Below are positions 38,340 to 50,557 of a DNA stretch of 64,000 nucleotides, piece by piece. The translations under genes were made by a program, and so were the position numbers. The notes beneath the pieces are model-generated. The model did no database searches. It had not been told where the DNA came from and saw only the letters and a program-made list of their open reading frames with translations. The stretch spans positions 62,518 through 126,517 of the forward strand of contig JASBSR010000040.1 in the NCBI GenBank assembly GCA_030148865.1, given 5' to 3'. Source of the DNA: Gammaproteobacteria bacterium (GTDB lineage: Bacteria; Pseudomonadota; Gammaproteobacteria; SZUA-229). Position 1 is the stretch's first letter. Every line of letters starts with the position of its first letter.

Positions 38340-39347
38340 ATGGCAAGCTTACGAAACACTACAGATCCCGGCATGCTGATTGATCCATTTGGCCGCAGGA
38401 TCGAGTATTTGCGCCTGTCGGTGGCCGATAAGTGCAATCTGCGCTGTTTCTATTGTCTGCCCGAAGGCCACAAAGATTTCGAGCAACCCGATCACTGGCT
38501 GAGGTTTGACGAAATTGAACGTGTCATCAAAGCTTTCGCCGAACTCGGTGTTGGCCGCGTGCGCCTCACCGGCGGAGAACCTCTGGTGCGCAAAAATCTG
38601 CACCAGTTGGCTGCGAGTTTGAGTGCTCTACCCGGCATTGAGGATCTTTCGCTCAGCACCAATGCTGTATTGCTGGAACGGCACGCAGAAAATCTATTCA
38701 AGGCTGGCGTAAAACGTATTAACGTCAGTCTCGACAGCCTGAATCCCGAACGTTTCAAAGCTATCACCGGTGGTGAACTGGCAGCTGTATTATCTGGTTT
38801 GCAGGCCGCGCGCCGGGTCGGTATCGCACCGATCAAAATCAATATGGTCGCGATGAAAGGCATCAATGATGATGAGTTCGAAAACATGGTGACCTATTGT
38901 CTGGCGAACGATTTCACTCTACGCCTGATCGAAACCATGCCGATCGGCAGCACTGGCGTCACTGCCAGCGACCACTATCTCGATTTACAGGACGTGAAAA
39001 AAAATCTCAGCGAACGTTTCGATTTAATCCCCGGTGTCATGCCAGGCGGTGGCCCGGCACGCTATATGCAGATGCGCAACGAAAATTTACGCATCGGTTT
39101 TATCACACCCATTTCACAGCACTTTTGCGAAACCTGTAACCGCGTGCGACTGTCCGTCGATGGTACTTTGTATATGTGCCTCGGCCAGGAAGACAACATG
39201 GAGCTACGCCCTTTGCTACGCGCCGGTATTAGTGATGATGGCTTAAAACAGGCCATTTTTGCCGCGATTGCGCTTAAACCCGAAAAACACGAGTTCAAAA
39301 ATAAACCCGGCCAGGTGGTGCGTTTTATGAGCATGACCGGCGGCTAA
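38340..39347 (+). CDS. moaA: GTP 3',8-cyclase (molybdenum cofactor biosynthesis protein A)
   Basis: 335 aa radical SAM protein with CNLRCFYCLPEG and a C-terminal second cluster (CETCNRVRLSVDGTLYMCLG). Confidence 0.9.
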   Translation: MASLRNTTDPGMLIDPFGRRIEYLRLSVADKCNLRCFYCLPEGHKDFEQPDHWLRFDEIERVIKAFAELGVGRVRLTGGEPLVRKNLHQLAASLSALPGIEDLSLSTNAVLLERHAENLFKAGVKRINVSLDSLNPERFKAITGGELAAVLSGLQAARRVGIAPIKINMVAMKGINDDEFENMVTYCLANDFTLRLIETMPIGSTGVTASDHYLDLQDVKKNLSERFDLIPGVMPGGGPARYMQMRNENLRIGFITPISQHFCETCNRVRLSVDGTLYMCLGQEDNMELRPLLRAGISDDGLKQAIFAAIALKPEKHEFKNKPGQVVRFMSMTGG

Positions 39348-39474
39348 TTGATAATCATTTTCAAATACTACCGCCAGACGTCTGGCGCTTCACTCAACAA
39401 CAACCCACGCACTAACCTCACCACCACAGGTGGCGCATAAAATATATATTCCTGCACCAATCCGGTTCCTTTAT

Positions 39475-39488
39475 TTGACATAGGTCAC
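39475..39488 (+). promoter_or_regulatory. Candidate DNR/NNR/FNR-family half-palindromic box upstream of nirS
   Basis: TTGACatagGTCAC, about 95 bp upstream of the nirS ATG; one mismatch against TTGAC-N4-GTCAA. Confidence 0.35.
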
Positions 39489-39550
39489 CTTGTTCGCTGC
39501 CTTCAAGAGGTAGTGTCTGGTTAAAACAAGCATTTAATATACCTGTTTGA

Positions 39551-41287
<1,737 letters not shown>

Positions 41288-41295
41288 TGGCCTGC

Positions 41296-41330
41296 CTGCG
41301 GGCAGTCATCGACTGTCCGCAGCATTTTTA
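41296..41330 (+). terminator. Hairpin plus T tract after nirS (terminator or attenuator)
   Basis: ctgcgggcagtc-atc-gactgtccgcag (12-bp stem, one mismatch) followed by cattttta. Confidence 0.5.
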
Positions 41331-41342
41331 AGGAACAGCAAC

Positions 41343-42137
41343 ATGCACAACGAAGGTTTTGTTTCACTGGTTGGCGCAGGTCCTGGCGATGTTGAGCTAC
41401 TGACAGTAAAAGCCCTGCGTTTGATTCAACAGGCTGAGGTTATAGTTTACGATCGTCTTATATCGGGCGATATTCTCAAACTGATACCAGCAGGTGTCAG
41501 TCGTATCGCAGTTGGCAAATCTCCTGGTGCACACTGCCTGCCACAGAATGATATCAATGAAATCATGATTAATCTCGCCACAGCAGGTCGTCGCGTGGTA
41601 CGACTCAAGGGGGGTGACCCTTATCTGTTTGGCCGTGGCAGCGAAGAGGCGCTGGCGCTTAAAAAACACCATATCAAATTTGAAGTCGTACCCGGCATAA
41701 CAGCAGCATTCGGTTGCAGTGCCTATAGCGGCATACCTCTGACACATCGCGGCCTGAGCCGTAGTGTGAAATTCATCACTGGCCACTTCAGCAACGATGA
41801 AGCGCTCGAGTATGACTGGGAAAAACTCGCCGACCAGGATTGCACCCTGGTGTTTTATATGGCGATGGCGAATCTATTAACTATTTGCAGTCAATTGATT
41901 AATGCTGGATTAGATGCAGGCACACCCGCCGCTGCAGTTGAAAATGGAACCACGCAATCACAACGACGTATCATTTCAACATTAGGCCTGCTCTTTGCCG
42001 AAGTGAGTGCACAGAGAATACAGGCACCTGCGATGATTATTATCGGCAATGTGGTTTCACTCGCTACAGACATCGACTGGTTTCAGCAATCACTGGAGAT
42101 GACAGTCTATGACGAAAGTCTCGCTGCCAGTCGCTAG
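41343..42137 (+). CDS. nirE: Uroporphyrinogen-III C-methyltransferase (haem d1 / sirohaem branch)
   Basis: 264 aa SUMT with GAGPGDVELLTVKA and RLKGGDPYLFGRG motifs. Confidence 0.8.
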   Translation: MHNEGFVSLVGAGPGDVELLTVKALRLIQQAEVIVYDRLISGDILKLIPAGVSRIAVGKSPGAHCLPQNDINEIMINLATAGRRVVRLKGGDPYLFGRGSEEALALKKHHIKFEVVPGITAAFGCSAYSGIPLTHRGLSRSVKFITGHFSNDEALEYDWEKLADQDCTLVFYMAMANLLTICSQLINAGLDAGTPAAAVENGTTQSQRRIISTLGLLFAEVSAQRIQAPAMIIIGNVVSLATDIDWFQQSLEMTVYDESLAASR

Positions 42138-42438
42138 TATGATATTAATCGGCACGATACTAATGATGAACACCAGTATCGCCGATGTCAGTGTCGCACG
42201 TCAGACTGAGCTGGTGTATCTACTCAGACAGGATTGCGGCTCGTGTCATGGTATGACTCTCAGGGGTGGCCTCGGCCCAGCCCTGCTACCCGAGTTGCTG
42301 ATCGGTAAATCAGAACAGTTTCTTAGCACGACTATTCTCGAAGGTCGTCCTGGCACAGCGATGCCAGCGTGGAAGGGCATGTTGAACAAAGCTGATGCCA
42401 GCTGGCTGGCGCATCAGCTGCAACGGGGCGTGCAATGA
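42109..42438 (+). CDS. nirC: Monohaem cytochrome c55X
   Basis: 109 aa, signal peptide, CGSCHG. Canonical position between nirE and nirF. An alternative ATG at 42139 is possible. Confidence 0.65.
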   Translation: MTKVSLPVASMILIGTILMMNTSIADVSVARQTELVYLLRQDCGSCHGMTLRGGLGPALLPELLIGKSEQFLSTTILEGRPGTAMPAWKGMLNKADASWLAHQLQRGVQ

Positions 42439-43601
42439 TAATCCGCGTGTTTTGTGCCATTACGCTGATGTTATCAGCAAATTTGCTGCACGCTCGTGGT
42501 ACTGGCGATCTCGGTATCGTGATTGAACGTGCGAGCGGTAGCATGCAAATTATCGAAACCACAGGCAACAGCAGCCTTGGCCGAATTGAAGGTCTTGGTG
42601 ATCTGTCTCATGCCTCTGCGGTGTACTCACGCGATGAACAATTCGTGTATATCTTCGGTCGCGATGGCGGACTGAGCAAAATCGACCTGCTGGATAAAAA
42701 ACTGGTGAAACGCGTGATGCAGGCCGGCAACAGTATTGGCGGTGCCATATCGCAGGATGGCACACTGGTTGCGGTATCAAATTACACGCCCGGCGGAGTA
42801 AAAATATTTGACGCTGGCACAATGCAGCTGGTCGCTGACATTCCAGCCAGCTATGGTGACAGCACTCTACAGTCAAAAGTCATAGGCCTCGTGGATGCAC
42901 CCGGCCAGAAGTTTGTCTTTAGTCTGTGGGATGCGGGCGAAATCTGGGTCGCAGACCTAGCAGACAGATCAAATCCTGTTATCACAAAATTCAAAAACAT
43001 CGGCAGCAATCCTTACGATGCTCTGATTACACCTGATGGACGATACTATATCGCCGGCCTGTTCGGCGAAGATGGCATGGCATTGCTTGACTTATGGAAC
43101 CTGGACTCGGGCGTGAAACGCATTCTCAACCACTATGGCAAGGGTGAACAAAAACTTCCGGTGTACAAAATGCCACACCTCGAAGGCTGGGCGATTGCAG
43201 GAAGATATACTTTTGTGCCAGCGGTGGGCCACCATGAAGTACTGGTGATCGATACTCAAACCTGGAAGGAAAAATGCCGTATCGAGGTTCATGGCCAGCC
43301 GGTATTTGTTATGGCACGTCCCGATGGTCGCCACGTCTGGGTCAATTTTGCAGTACCTGACAACAACACTTTGCAGGTAATTGATACCCAGTCGTTAAGT
43401 ATTATCAAAACATTAACACCCGGCAAAGGCGTACTGCACATGGAGTTCGAGCCCCGTGGCGAACAGGTCTGGGTATCGGTGCGCGATGAAGATCGTGTTG
43501 CCGTGTTTGATACCAGTAACTTCAGACAAATCACCACCCTGCCAGCAAGAAAACCCAGCGGTATTTTTTTCACCTCGCGCGCACATAAAACAGGTCTGTA
43601 A
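42435..43601 (+). CDS. nirF: NirF, haem d1 biosynthesis dehydrogenase (cd1-like beta-propeller without a haem c domain)
   Basis: 388 aa, signal peptide, d1-type propeller repeats similar to the NirS C-terminal domain. Confidence 0.75.
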   Translation: MIIRVFCAITLMLSANLLHARGTGDLGIVIERASGSMQIIETTGNSSLGRIEGLGDLSHASAVYSRDEQFVYIFGRDGGLSKIDLLDKKLVKRVMQAGNSIGGAISQDGTLVAVSNYTPGGVKIFDAGTMQLVADIPASYGDSTLQSKVIGLVDAPGQKFVFSLWDAGEIWVADLADRSNPVITKFKNIGSNPYDALITPDGRYYIAGLFGEDGMALLDLWNLDSGVKRILNHYGKGEQKLPVYKMPHLEGWAIAGRYTFVPAVGHHEVLVIDTQTWKEKCRIEVHGQPVFVMARPDGRHVWVNFAVPDNNTLQVIDTQSLSIIKTLTPGKGVLHMEFEPRGEQVWVSVRDEDRVAVFDTSNFRQITTLPARKPSGIFFTSRAHKTGL

Positions 43602-44068
43602 TGAACAAAATCGATGTATTGAACACGCTTGAAAAAAATCTTCTGAATAACTTTCAGCATGATATGAGTTTATCGACCATGCCCTATGCTGATATCGCCA
43701 GAGACCTCGGTGTTGGCGAAGACAAAATTATTAGCACATTGACAGAGTTACAGAACAGGGGTTACATCAGTCGCATTGGGCCTGTATTTACCGCCAATCG
43801 CATCGGTGTCAGCACCCTGGCCGCCATGGCAATACCCGATGACGAGCTGGAATGCGTGGCGCGTATCATCAGCACCTTTCCAGAAGTGAATCATAACTAT
43901 GAGCGCGAGCATCATTATAATTTGTGGTTCGTGGTCACCGCCTGTAGCGAAGAGCATCTGGACATCGTGTTGCACGAGATTGAACAACATGCCGAACATC
44001 CATTAATGTCATTACCAATGCTGGAAGACTATTTTATCGACCTGGGATTCAAACTGCCATGGGCATAA
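43601..44068 (+). CDS. nirD: Sirohaem decarboxylase subunit NirD (Lrp/AsnC-like)
   Basis: 155 aa, AsnC-type HTH plus ligand-binding domain. Head of the nirDLGH set. Confidence 0.7.
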   Translation: MNKIDVLNTLEKNLLNNFQHDMSLSTMPYADIARDLGVGEDKIISTLTELQNRGYISRIGPVFTANRIGVSTLAAMAIPDDELECVARIISTFPEVNHNYEREHHYNLWFVVTACSEEHLDIVLHEIEQHAEHPLMSLPMLEDYFIDLGFKLPWA

Positions 44069-44643
44069 TGCAGGCCAATCAGTTAGTCGCTCAACTTTCA
44101 GTTGATGACCGCAAACTGGTCAAACTAATTGAGCATGGCATTCCAGTCACCAGGAGGCCCTATGCCGAAATCGCACAACAGCTGGGAATTACCGAGCAGA
44201 TGGTAGTTGCACGCATTCAGGCGCTGATACACAGTACAGCGATAAAACGCTACGGAGTAGTTGTACGTCATCATGAACTCGGTTACAAAGCCAACGGTAT
44301 GGTAGTGTGGAATATCCCCGATGAGTCTGTCAGTGAAATTGGAAAATGTATTGGTGAATATAATTGTGTGACCTTAAGCTACCGTCGACCACGACGCCTG
44401 CCAGACTGGCCCTATAATTTATTCACCATGGTGCACGGCCAGAACCGCGAAGCAGTCATCGCACAGGTGAACCACATCGTGCAGCGGTGTAATTTGAGCC
44501 ACATTGAACACACCATTTTATTTAGCATGCGTCGCTTCAAGCAACGTGGCGCTAAATACACCCGAATGGAACATGCTACAGATCATACAGCAAGTCCACT
44601 ATCAGAAAATCTGAAATCAATTAAACAGCGAGCACACGTATGA
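44059..44643 (+). CDS. nirL: Sirohaem decarboxylase subunit NirL
   Basis: 194 aa Lrp/AsnC-like paralog; overlaps nirD. Confidence 0.7.
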   Translation: MGIMQANQLVAQLSVDDRKLVKLIEHGIPVTRRPYAEIAQQLGITEQMVVARIQALIHSTAIKRYGVVVRHHELGYKANGMVVWNIPDESVSEIGKCIGEYNCVTLSYRRPRRLPDWPYNLFTMVHGQNREAVIAQVNHIVQRCNLSHIEHTILFSMRRFKQRGAKYTRMEHATDHTASPLSENLKSIKQRAHV

Positions 44644-45638
44644 CACAGTCACCTGACAAACTCAATGAGCTTGAAACTGCTCTGATCAACCAGTATCAGG
44701 GCGGCTTTCCGTGTTGTGCATTGCCCTTTGCCGAAATTGCACACAAACTTAACAGCAGTGAAGCAAAAATTATTGACACAATACAACGACTGATCGATGC
44801 CGGCTGGTTGACACGCTTCGGCCCTCTGTACGATGCGGCCGCACTTGGTGGCGGCCTGACGCTGGCGGCAGTCTCTGTAGATGAGGCAGACTACGATAGA
44901 ATCGCGGGCATTATTAACCACTATCCTCAGGTGGCGCACAATTATCGACGCGAACATCAGCTCAACATGTGGTTTGTACTCGCCACTGAAACACCTGAAG
45001 CCATTCAAGATATAATTGACAATATCGAGTCAAGCACCGGGCTGCAAGTTTACAACTTTCCCAAACTACACGGGTTTTACGTTGGGCTCTGGCTACACCT
45101 TGCCAATGATCGGGTCAGCACGATTCCCTTACCAGAAAACCCAATCGAAACCATCCCTTATCATCAGCAGAATCTGGACAAAAAAATTATTCACCTCACT
45201 CAGGCAGGTCTGCTGCTGACCAGTCAGCCCTATGCCGAAATCGCCAGAAGCATCGGAAGCTCTACCGAAATGGTCCTTAATCGTATGCAACATATGCTGG
45301 CCAGCGGAGTTATTCGCCGTATTGGCGCGGTGCCCAATCATTACAAACTGGGGCTAAAAGCCAACGGCATGTCTGTCTGGCATGTAAGCGAAAAAAATAT
45401 TAGACAATTTGGCAACCTCATCGGTACTTTTAATTTTGTCAGCCACTGTTATCAGCGTCCACAGCATTTACCTGAATGGCGTTACAACCTGTTTGCCATG
45501 GTGCACGGTCACGACCGTGATGAAGTTGATAAAAAAGTGGCCCGCATTGCCGATACTCTCGGCGATGACTGCACTGCCTATGAAGTACTTTATAGCAGTG
45601 CAATTCTTAAGAAAACCGGCATACGACTGGTCGCCTGA
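44640..45638 (+). CDS. nirGH: Fused NirG-NirH sirohaem decarboxylase subunits
   Basis: 332 aa with two tandem Lrp/AsnC-like repeats. The first half resembles NirD/G, the second NirL/H, including the shared motif HNY(R/Q)R.H.LNMWF. Confidence 0.7.
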   Translation: MTQSPDKLNELETALINQYQGGFPCCALPFAEIAHKLNSSEAKIIDTIQRLIDAGWLTRFGPLYDAAALGGGLTLAAVSVDEADYDRIAGIINHYPQVAHNYRREHQLNMWFVLATETPEAIQDIIDNIESSTGLQVYNFPKLHGFYVGLWLHLANDRVSTIPLPENPIETIPYHQQNLDKKIIHLTQAGLLLTSQPYAEIARSIGSSTEMVLNRMQHMLASGVIRRIGAVPNHYKLGLKANGMSVWHVSEKNIRQFGNLIGTFNFVSHCYQRPQHLPEWRYNLFAMVHGHDRDEVDKKVARIADTLGDDCTAYEVLYSSAILKKTGIRLVA

Positions 45639-45649
45639 GGATCAATCAC

Positions 45650-46855
45650 ATGTTCCGACTCAGTCAGTATTTAAACGCGATTAATAATAAAAAGTCGTCA
45701 CCCCCCAGGCAGGAGCCGACCGGCCCGGTAGTCATCTGGAATTTAATCCGCCGCTGTAATCTCACCTGTAAACACTGTTATGCCACCTCGGCTGATAAAA
45801 ATTTTCCGGGGGAGCTGAGTACCCAGGAGATTTACACCGTCATGCAAAACCTGCATGATTTTGGCGTACGCGTGCTGATACTCTCTGGTGGCGAGCCACT
45901 GATGCGACCTGATATTTTTGCAATCTCGCAACATGCAAAAGCCATGGGGTTTTACCTCGGATTGTCGACTAATGGAACGCTGATTGATGAACACAATATT
46001 GATGAAATTGTTAAGGTTGGCTACAACTACGTCGGCATTAGTATTGATGGCATGCGTGAAACCCATGACAGATTCAGACGCAAACTCGGTTCTTACGATG
46101 CTGCATTGCGCGGTATTCGGCTGTGTCATGCCGCGGGCATTAAGATTGGTCTGCGTTTTACCCTGACCCAGGATAACCAGCACGAATTACCTGATCTACT
46201 GCAACTGATGGACGATGAATGCGTGGATAAATTTTATTTATCACATCTTAATTATGCTGGTCGCGGCAACAAAAACCGGCGTGATGACCTGCACCACCAG
46301 ATGACCCGCAGGGCGATGAATCTGCTCTTTAAGACCTGTTGGCAGGATACGCAAAATAACCGGCAACGCGAGTTTGTCACCGGCAACAATGATGCCGATG
46401 GCGTCTACCTGTTGCTCTGGGTGCGTAAACACATGCCAGCACATGCCGACTATCTGGAAACTATGCTTATGCGCTGGGGGGGCAATTCATCCGGCGTCAA
46501 TATTTCCAATATCGATAACCTTGGTAACGTGCACCCCGACACCATGTGGTGGGAGTACACCATTGGTAATGTTAAACAACGTACTTTTTCCGATATCTGG
46601 ATGGACACCAGCAACCCATTAATGGCAGGACTGAAACACCAGCAGCGCCCGGTAGAAGGCCGCTGCGTAGACTGCATTTACCGTCAGATTTGTGGTGGTA
46701 ACACACGCACACGTGCCTGGCAACTCACCGGTAACTTCTGGGCGGAAGATCCGGGCTGTTATTTAAACAATGAAGAAATCGGTGTCGATATTGAGCAACA
46801 GCGTTTACAATTACAACCGTGGTCACATCAGTTAAAAATCAGCCCTTCTGCGTGA
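45650..46855 (+). CDS. nirJ: NirJ, radical SAM enzyme of haem d1 biosynthesis
   Basis: 401 aa with CNLTCKHCY radical SAM motif and a C-terminal SPASM-like Cys-rich domain. Confidence 0.85.
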   Translation: MFRLSQYLNAINNKKSSPPRQEPTGPVVIWNLIRRCNLTCKHCYATSADKNFPGELSTQEIYTVMQNLHDFGVRVLILSGGEPLMRPDIFAISQHAKAMGFYLGLSTNGTLIDEHNIDEIVKVGYNYVGISIDGMRETHDRFRRKLGSYDAALRGIRLCHAAGIKIGLRFTLTQDNQHELPDLLQLMDDECVDKFYLSHLNYAGRGNKNRRDDLHHQMTRRAMNLLFKTCWQDTQNNRQREFVTGNNDADGVYLLLWVRKHMPAHADYLETMLMRWGGNSSGVNISNIDNLGNVHPDTMWWEYTIGNVKQRTFSDIWMDTSNPLMAGLKHQQRPVEGRCVDCIYRQICGGNTRTRAWQLTGNFWAEDPGCYLNNEEIGVDIEQQRLQLQPWSHQLKISPSA

Positions 46856-48414
46856 AACCAAACCGTTTTATTCTCTTTGTCATGAGCGCACTCGCAGCAG
46901 CGCCTGTCTATGCAACAGGTGACGCCAGTGAAATCTATCAACAGTATTGCGCCAGTTGCCATGGCGCAGACCGGCTCGGCATGATAGGCCCGGCTCTGTT
47001 GCCAGAAAATATGCAACGTCTGCGCAGGAATGAAGCAATTAACACCATTCGCCAGGGGCGCATTGCCACCCAGATGCCCGCCTTCGCTGACAAATTATCT
47101 GGCGAACAAATACAGTCGCTGATCGATTTAATCTACACACCGCTGGCAGCGCCCCCCCGCTGGAATCAGCAGGCGATTACAACCAGTCATGTCATTTACG
47201 AACCCGCTTTCACTCGGGGGGATGTCACCAGTGTCAAGCCGGTTTACGCGGCTGACCCGCTAAATCTATTCCTGGTGGTCGAAAGTGGTGACCACCATGT
47301 TAGTGTACTCGATGGCGACAAAATGGTACCTATCTATCGCTTTAAATCGCGTTTTGCTCTCCATGGCGGGCCCAAGTTTTCCTTCGACGGACGGTTTGTC
47401 TATTTTGCTTCACGCGACGGCTGGATCAGCAAGTTTGATATGTACACGCTGAAAACGGTGGCAGAGATACGTGCCGGAATAAATACCCGCAACCTGGCCG
47501 TATCCGCTGATGATCGTTATGTTATGGTCGCTAACACTCTGCCGCACAGCCTGGTTATACTCGATGCAGGCGATCTTAGCCTGATAAAAGTGATTCCGGT
47601 AACAGATGATTTTGGCAACAGCTCACGGGTGAGCGCAGTCTACACCGCGCCGCCGCGTAATAGCTTTATCATTGCGCTAAAAGATTTCAAAGAAGTCTGG
47701 GAGATTAATTACACTGATACACCGCCGCGAGTATTTCGCGGCCATGTCCATGATTACAAAATGGGCGAAGGCATCTCCGAGCAGGGACTATTCCCGGTAC
47801 GGCGCATTATGCTCGATGATTATCTTGATGATTTTTTCTTCGACCAGAGCTACGTAAACCTGATCGGTGCCTCACGTGGTGGTGGCAAGGGCCAGGTGGT
47901 TAATCTCATCGTTGGCAAAAAAATTGCCGATATCGACCTCCCCGGCATGCCACATCTGGGCTCAGGTATTACCTGGAAATACAAAGATACCACAGTACTG
48001 GCCACACCTAACCTCAAACAAGGCATCGTCAGCATTATTGACACTGAAACATGGCAAACTATCAAAAAGATAAAAACCGATGGCCCCGGGTTTTTTATGC
48101 GCAGCCATGAAAACTCACCCTATGCCTGGGTGGACGTGTTCGTCGGCCCCCATAGAGATGTCATGCATGTCATCGATAAAAGCACGCTGGAAATCGTCAA
48201 AACCCTGAAACCTGACCCTGGAAAAACCTCAGGGCATATCGAATTTAACCGCGATGGCAGCCGTGCTCTGCTCAGTATCTGGGAAGATGACGGTGAAGTG
48301 ATTGTATATGACAGCAAAACGCTTAAAATCGTAAAACGCCTGCCGATGCGTAAACCTGTCGGCAAATATAATGTTTATAATAAGGTCACACATTCTGAAG
48401 GCACCAGTCATTAA
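46852..48414 (+). CDS. nirN: NirN, cytochrome cd1-like dihydrohaem d1 dehydrogenase
   Basis: GTG at 46852 overlaps the nirJ stop (GTGA). Signal peptide, CASCHG haem c domain, d1-type propeller. Confidence 0.75.
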   Translation: MKPNRFILFVMSALAAAPVYATGDASEIYQQYCASCHGADRLGMIGPALLPENMQRLRRNEAINTIRQGRIATQMPAFADKLSGEQIQSLIDLIYTPLAAPPRWNQQAITTSHVIYEPAFTRGDVTSVKPVYAADPLNLFLVVESGDHHVSVLDGDKMVPIYRFKSRFALHGGPKFSFDGRFVYFASRDGWISKFDMYTLKTVAEIRAGINTRNLAVSADDRYVMVANTLPHSLVILDAGDLSLIKVIPVTDDFGNSSRVSAVYTAPPRNSFIIALKDFKEVWEINYTDTPPRVFRGHVHDYKMGEGISEQGLFPVRRIMLDDYLDDFFFDQSYVNLIGASRGGGKGQVVNLIVGKKIADIDLPGMPHLGSGITWKYKDTTVLATPNLKQGIVSIIDTETWQTIKKIKTDGPGFFMRSHENSPYAWVDVFVGPHRDVMHVIDKSTLEIVKTLKPDPGKTSGHIEFNRDGSRALLSIWEDDGEVIVYDSKTLKIVKRLPMRKPVGKYNVYNKVTHSEGTSH

Positions 48415-48449
48415 TTTGACAGCGCCACTAAACCCAAAGAAAAATTAAT

Positions 48450-49340
48450 ATGACAAACGATAAAAATGACTCTTCTGCGATAAAGATCGGACTCGCAGAA
48501 ATGCTGAAAGGTGGCGCCATCATGGATGTCACCAATGCCGAACAGGCGAAAATTGCCGAGGACGCTGGCGCCTGTGCGGTGATGGCGCTGGAGCGCATAC
48601 CGGCCGACATCCGCCGCGACGGCGGTGTCGCGCGCATGTCAGACCCTGAAATGATTCAGAATATCAAAAACACGGTGTCTATCCCGGTGATGGCAAAATG
48701 CCGTATTGGTCATTTTGCCGAAGCCCAGATCCTGCAGACACTGGAAGTCGATTTCATCGACGAGTCCGAGGTATTAACCCCGGCGGATGAAGCCAATCAT
48801 ATTTATAAACGCGACTTCAAGGTTCCTTTTGTCTGTGGCGCCACAAATCTTGGCGAAGCCCTGCGGCGCATCGGTGAAGGTGCCGCCATGATCCGCACCA
48901 AGGGCGAAGCCGGCAGCGGTAATATCGTTGAAGCCGTGCGCCACATGCGCGCCCTGCAAAATGAAATGCAACGGCTGACGACGCTCGGCAGAGAACAACT
49001 GATGGCGGTGGCCAGAGATCTGGGCGCCCCCTATGATCTGGTATGTTATGTCGCAGAGCACGGACGATTGCCGGTACCAAATTTTTCTGCGGGGGGTATC
49101 GCCACCCCTGCAGACGCCGCCCTCGTCCGTCAGCTAGGCGCAGAAGCCGTTTTTGTCGGTTCCGGTATCTTTAAATCCGAAGATCCCGAGGCACGCGCAA
49201 CGGCGATCGTGAAGGCCACTACTCACTACGACAACCCTGATATACTGCTGGAAGTGAGTCGGGGTTTACAGGCAGGAATGAAGGGGCTTGAAATGTCTGA
49301 TATTCCTGACAGCGAGCGTCTGGCTGACAGAGGCTGGTAA
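48450..49340 (+). CDS. pdxS: Pyridoxal 5'-phosphate synthase lyase subunit
   Basis: 296 aa PdxS/SNZ family ([17 protein letters not shown]...), ends ...RGW. Confidence 0.9.
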   Translation: MTNDKNDSSAIKIGLAEMLKGGAIMDVTNAEQAKIAEDAGACAVMALERIPADIRRDGGVARMSDPEMIQNIKNTVSIPVMAKCRIGHFAEAQILQTLEVDFIDESEVLTPADEANHIYKRDFKVPFVCGATNLGEALRRIGEGAAMIRTKGEAGSGNIVEAVRHMRALQNEMQRLTTLGREQLMAVARDLGAPYDLVCYVAEHGRLPVPNFSAGGIATPADAALVRQLGAEAVFVGSGIFKSEDPEARATAIVKATTHYDNPDILLEVSRGLQAGMKGLEMSDIPDSERLADRGW

Positions 49341-49353
49341 GCGTAGCGAGCCT

Positions 49354-49929
49354 ATGGAAAACATTGTCGGTGTGCTCGCCTTGCAGGGCGCGTATCAGAA
49401 ACACATTGATATGCTGCATGCGCTAGGTGTATCGGCACAAAGCGTACGTCAGCCACACCAGCTGACGGATTGCTCAGCATTGATCATACCCGGTGGTGAG
49501 TCAACCACCATCAGTCTGTTAATACAGGAGTACGGCTTATATGAACCGATTAAAACATTTGCAGACAGTCTTCCTGTCATGGGCGTCTGCGCAGGTCTGA
49601 TTATGCTCGCAAGTGAAGTTGATGATGTACGCATTAAGCCACTGGAATTGATGCCGTTTAAAGCCATCCGTAATCATTACGGACGGCAGCTACACAGCTT
49701 TACTGCGGATATCAAACTGAATTTCGATCACAGTAACAAGTTTTTTCATGCACCCTTTATTCGCGCACCCGGTACTACACAATTGTCACCCGAGATCGAA
49801 GTACTGGCAACACACAATGATAAGGCTGTTATGCTAAGCACAGGCCGGCATCTGGCATTATCATTTCATCCTGAATTAACCAACGACAGTCGAATTCACC
49901 AGTACTGGCTGAACAGGTTCTGCCAATAA
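49354..49929 (+). CDS. pdxT: Pyridoxal 5'-phosphate synthase glutaminase subunit
   Basis: About 192 aa from the ATG at 49354. Class I GATase (MENIVGVLALQGA, catalytic Cys in GVCAG). Confidence 0.85.
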   Translation: MENIVGVLALQGAYQKHIDMLHALGVSAQSVRQPHQLTDCSALIIPGGESTTISLLIQEYGLYEPIKTFADSLPVMGVCAGLIMLASEVDDVRIKPLELMPFKAIRNHYGRQLHSFTADIKLNFDHSNKFFHAPFIRAPGTTQLSPEIEVLATHNDKAVMLSTGRHLALSFHPELTNDSRIHQYWLNRFCQ

Positions 49930-49946
49930 ATTCCCGGACAAATCCA

Positions 49947-50444
49947 ATGCATCCATCAAACCAGTCTACTCGATCCAGCCCCGTATTTCCGGCACTATTG
50001 TCACTGCCGTTAAAAACAATCCCCTGCTTTATACATAACCGCATGCTGGTCGCTGCGCTTAATAAAATATTTTACAAAAATCTGCAACAGGGGGAACTTG
50101 ACTTTCTAAAAAACAAGCTGGTACGCATCTTCATTGAAGATACTGGTATTGAATTTCGCATCAGCTTAAACCAGAATAAACTGATACCCGGCGACAAAGA
50201 TCAGGCTGCTGATCTTTCACTAAAAGGAACAGTGTATAACTATTTGCTACTGGCGAGTCGGCGCGAAGACACTGACACCCTGTTTTTTAGCCGCCGCCTG
50301 CAGATGCAGGGTGATACCGAACTCGGCCTGTATGTGAAAAACTTTCTTGACGGTATCGATCTGGAGTCATACAAAACCCCTGCTTATCTTGAATCAGCAT
50401 TACAAAAGTTTTTGCCTGTCTATGAGCGTCTGTTCAGGCTGTAG
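49947..50444 (+). CDS. ubiT: SCP2-domain ubiquinone biosynthesis accessory factor (UbiT/YhbT-like)
   Basis: 165 aa aligning with E. coli YhbT (FPALLSLPLKTIPCF vs GPSLLSVPVKLTPF; DTLFFSRRLQMQGDTELGLYVKN vs DTLFFQRRLVIEGDTELGLYVKN). Confidence 0.75.
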   Translation: MHPSNQSTRSSPVFPALLSLPLKTIPCFIHNRMLVAALNKIFYKNLQQGELDFLKNKLVRIFIEDTGIEFRISLNQNKLIPGDKDQAADLSLKGTVYNYLLLASRREDTDTLFFSRRLQMQGDTELGLYVKNFLDGIDLESYKTPAYLESALQKFLPVYERLFRL

Positions 50445-50557
50445 TTTTCGATTGTAATGACCGATTAATATCATCACCAGGGCAGGTATCTAATAAGCCA
50501 CTGGCCGAGGTGATTATATACCTGAACTCCAGCCTTAGATCACAACAGCGAAGTAAT

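Noticed and set aside
42109-42138. Alternative nirC start at the ATG at 42139 instead of 42109
   Set aside because: The shorter form would lack a basic n-region for the signal peptide. The longer form overlaps nirE by 29 nt, which is common in this cluster. Kept 42109 with reduced confidence.
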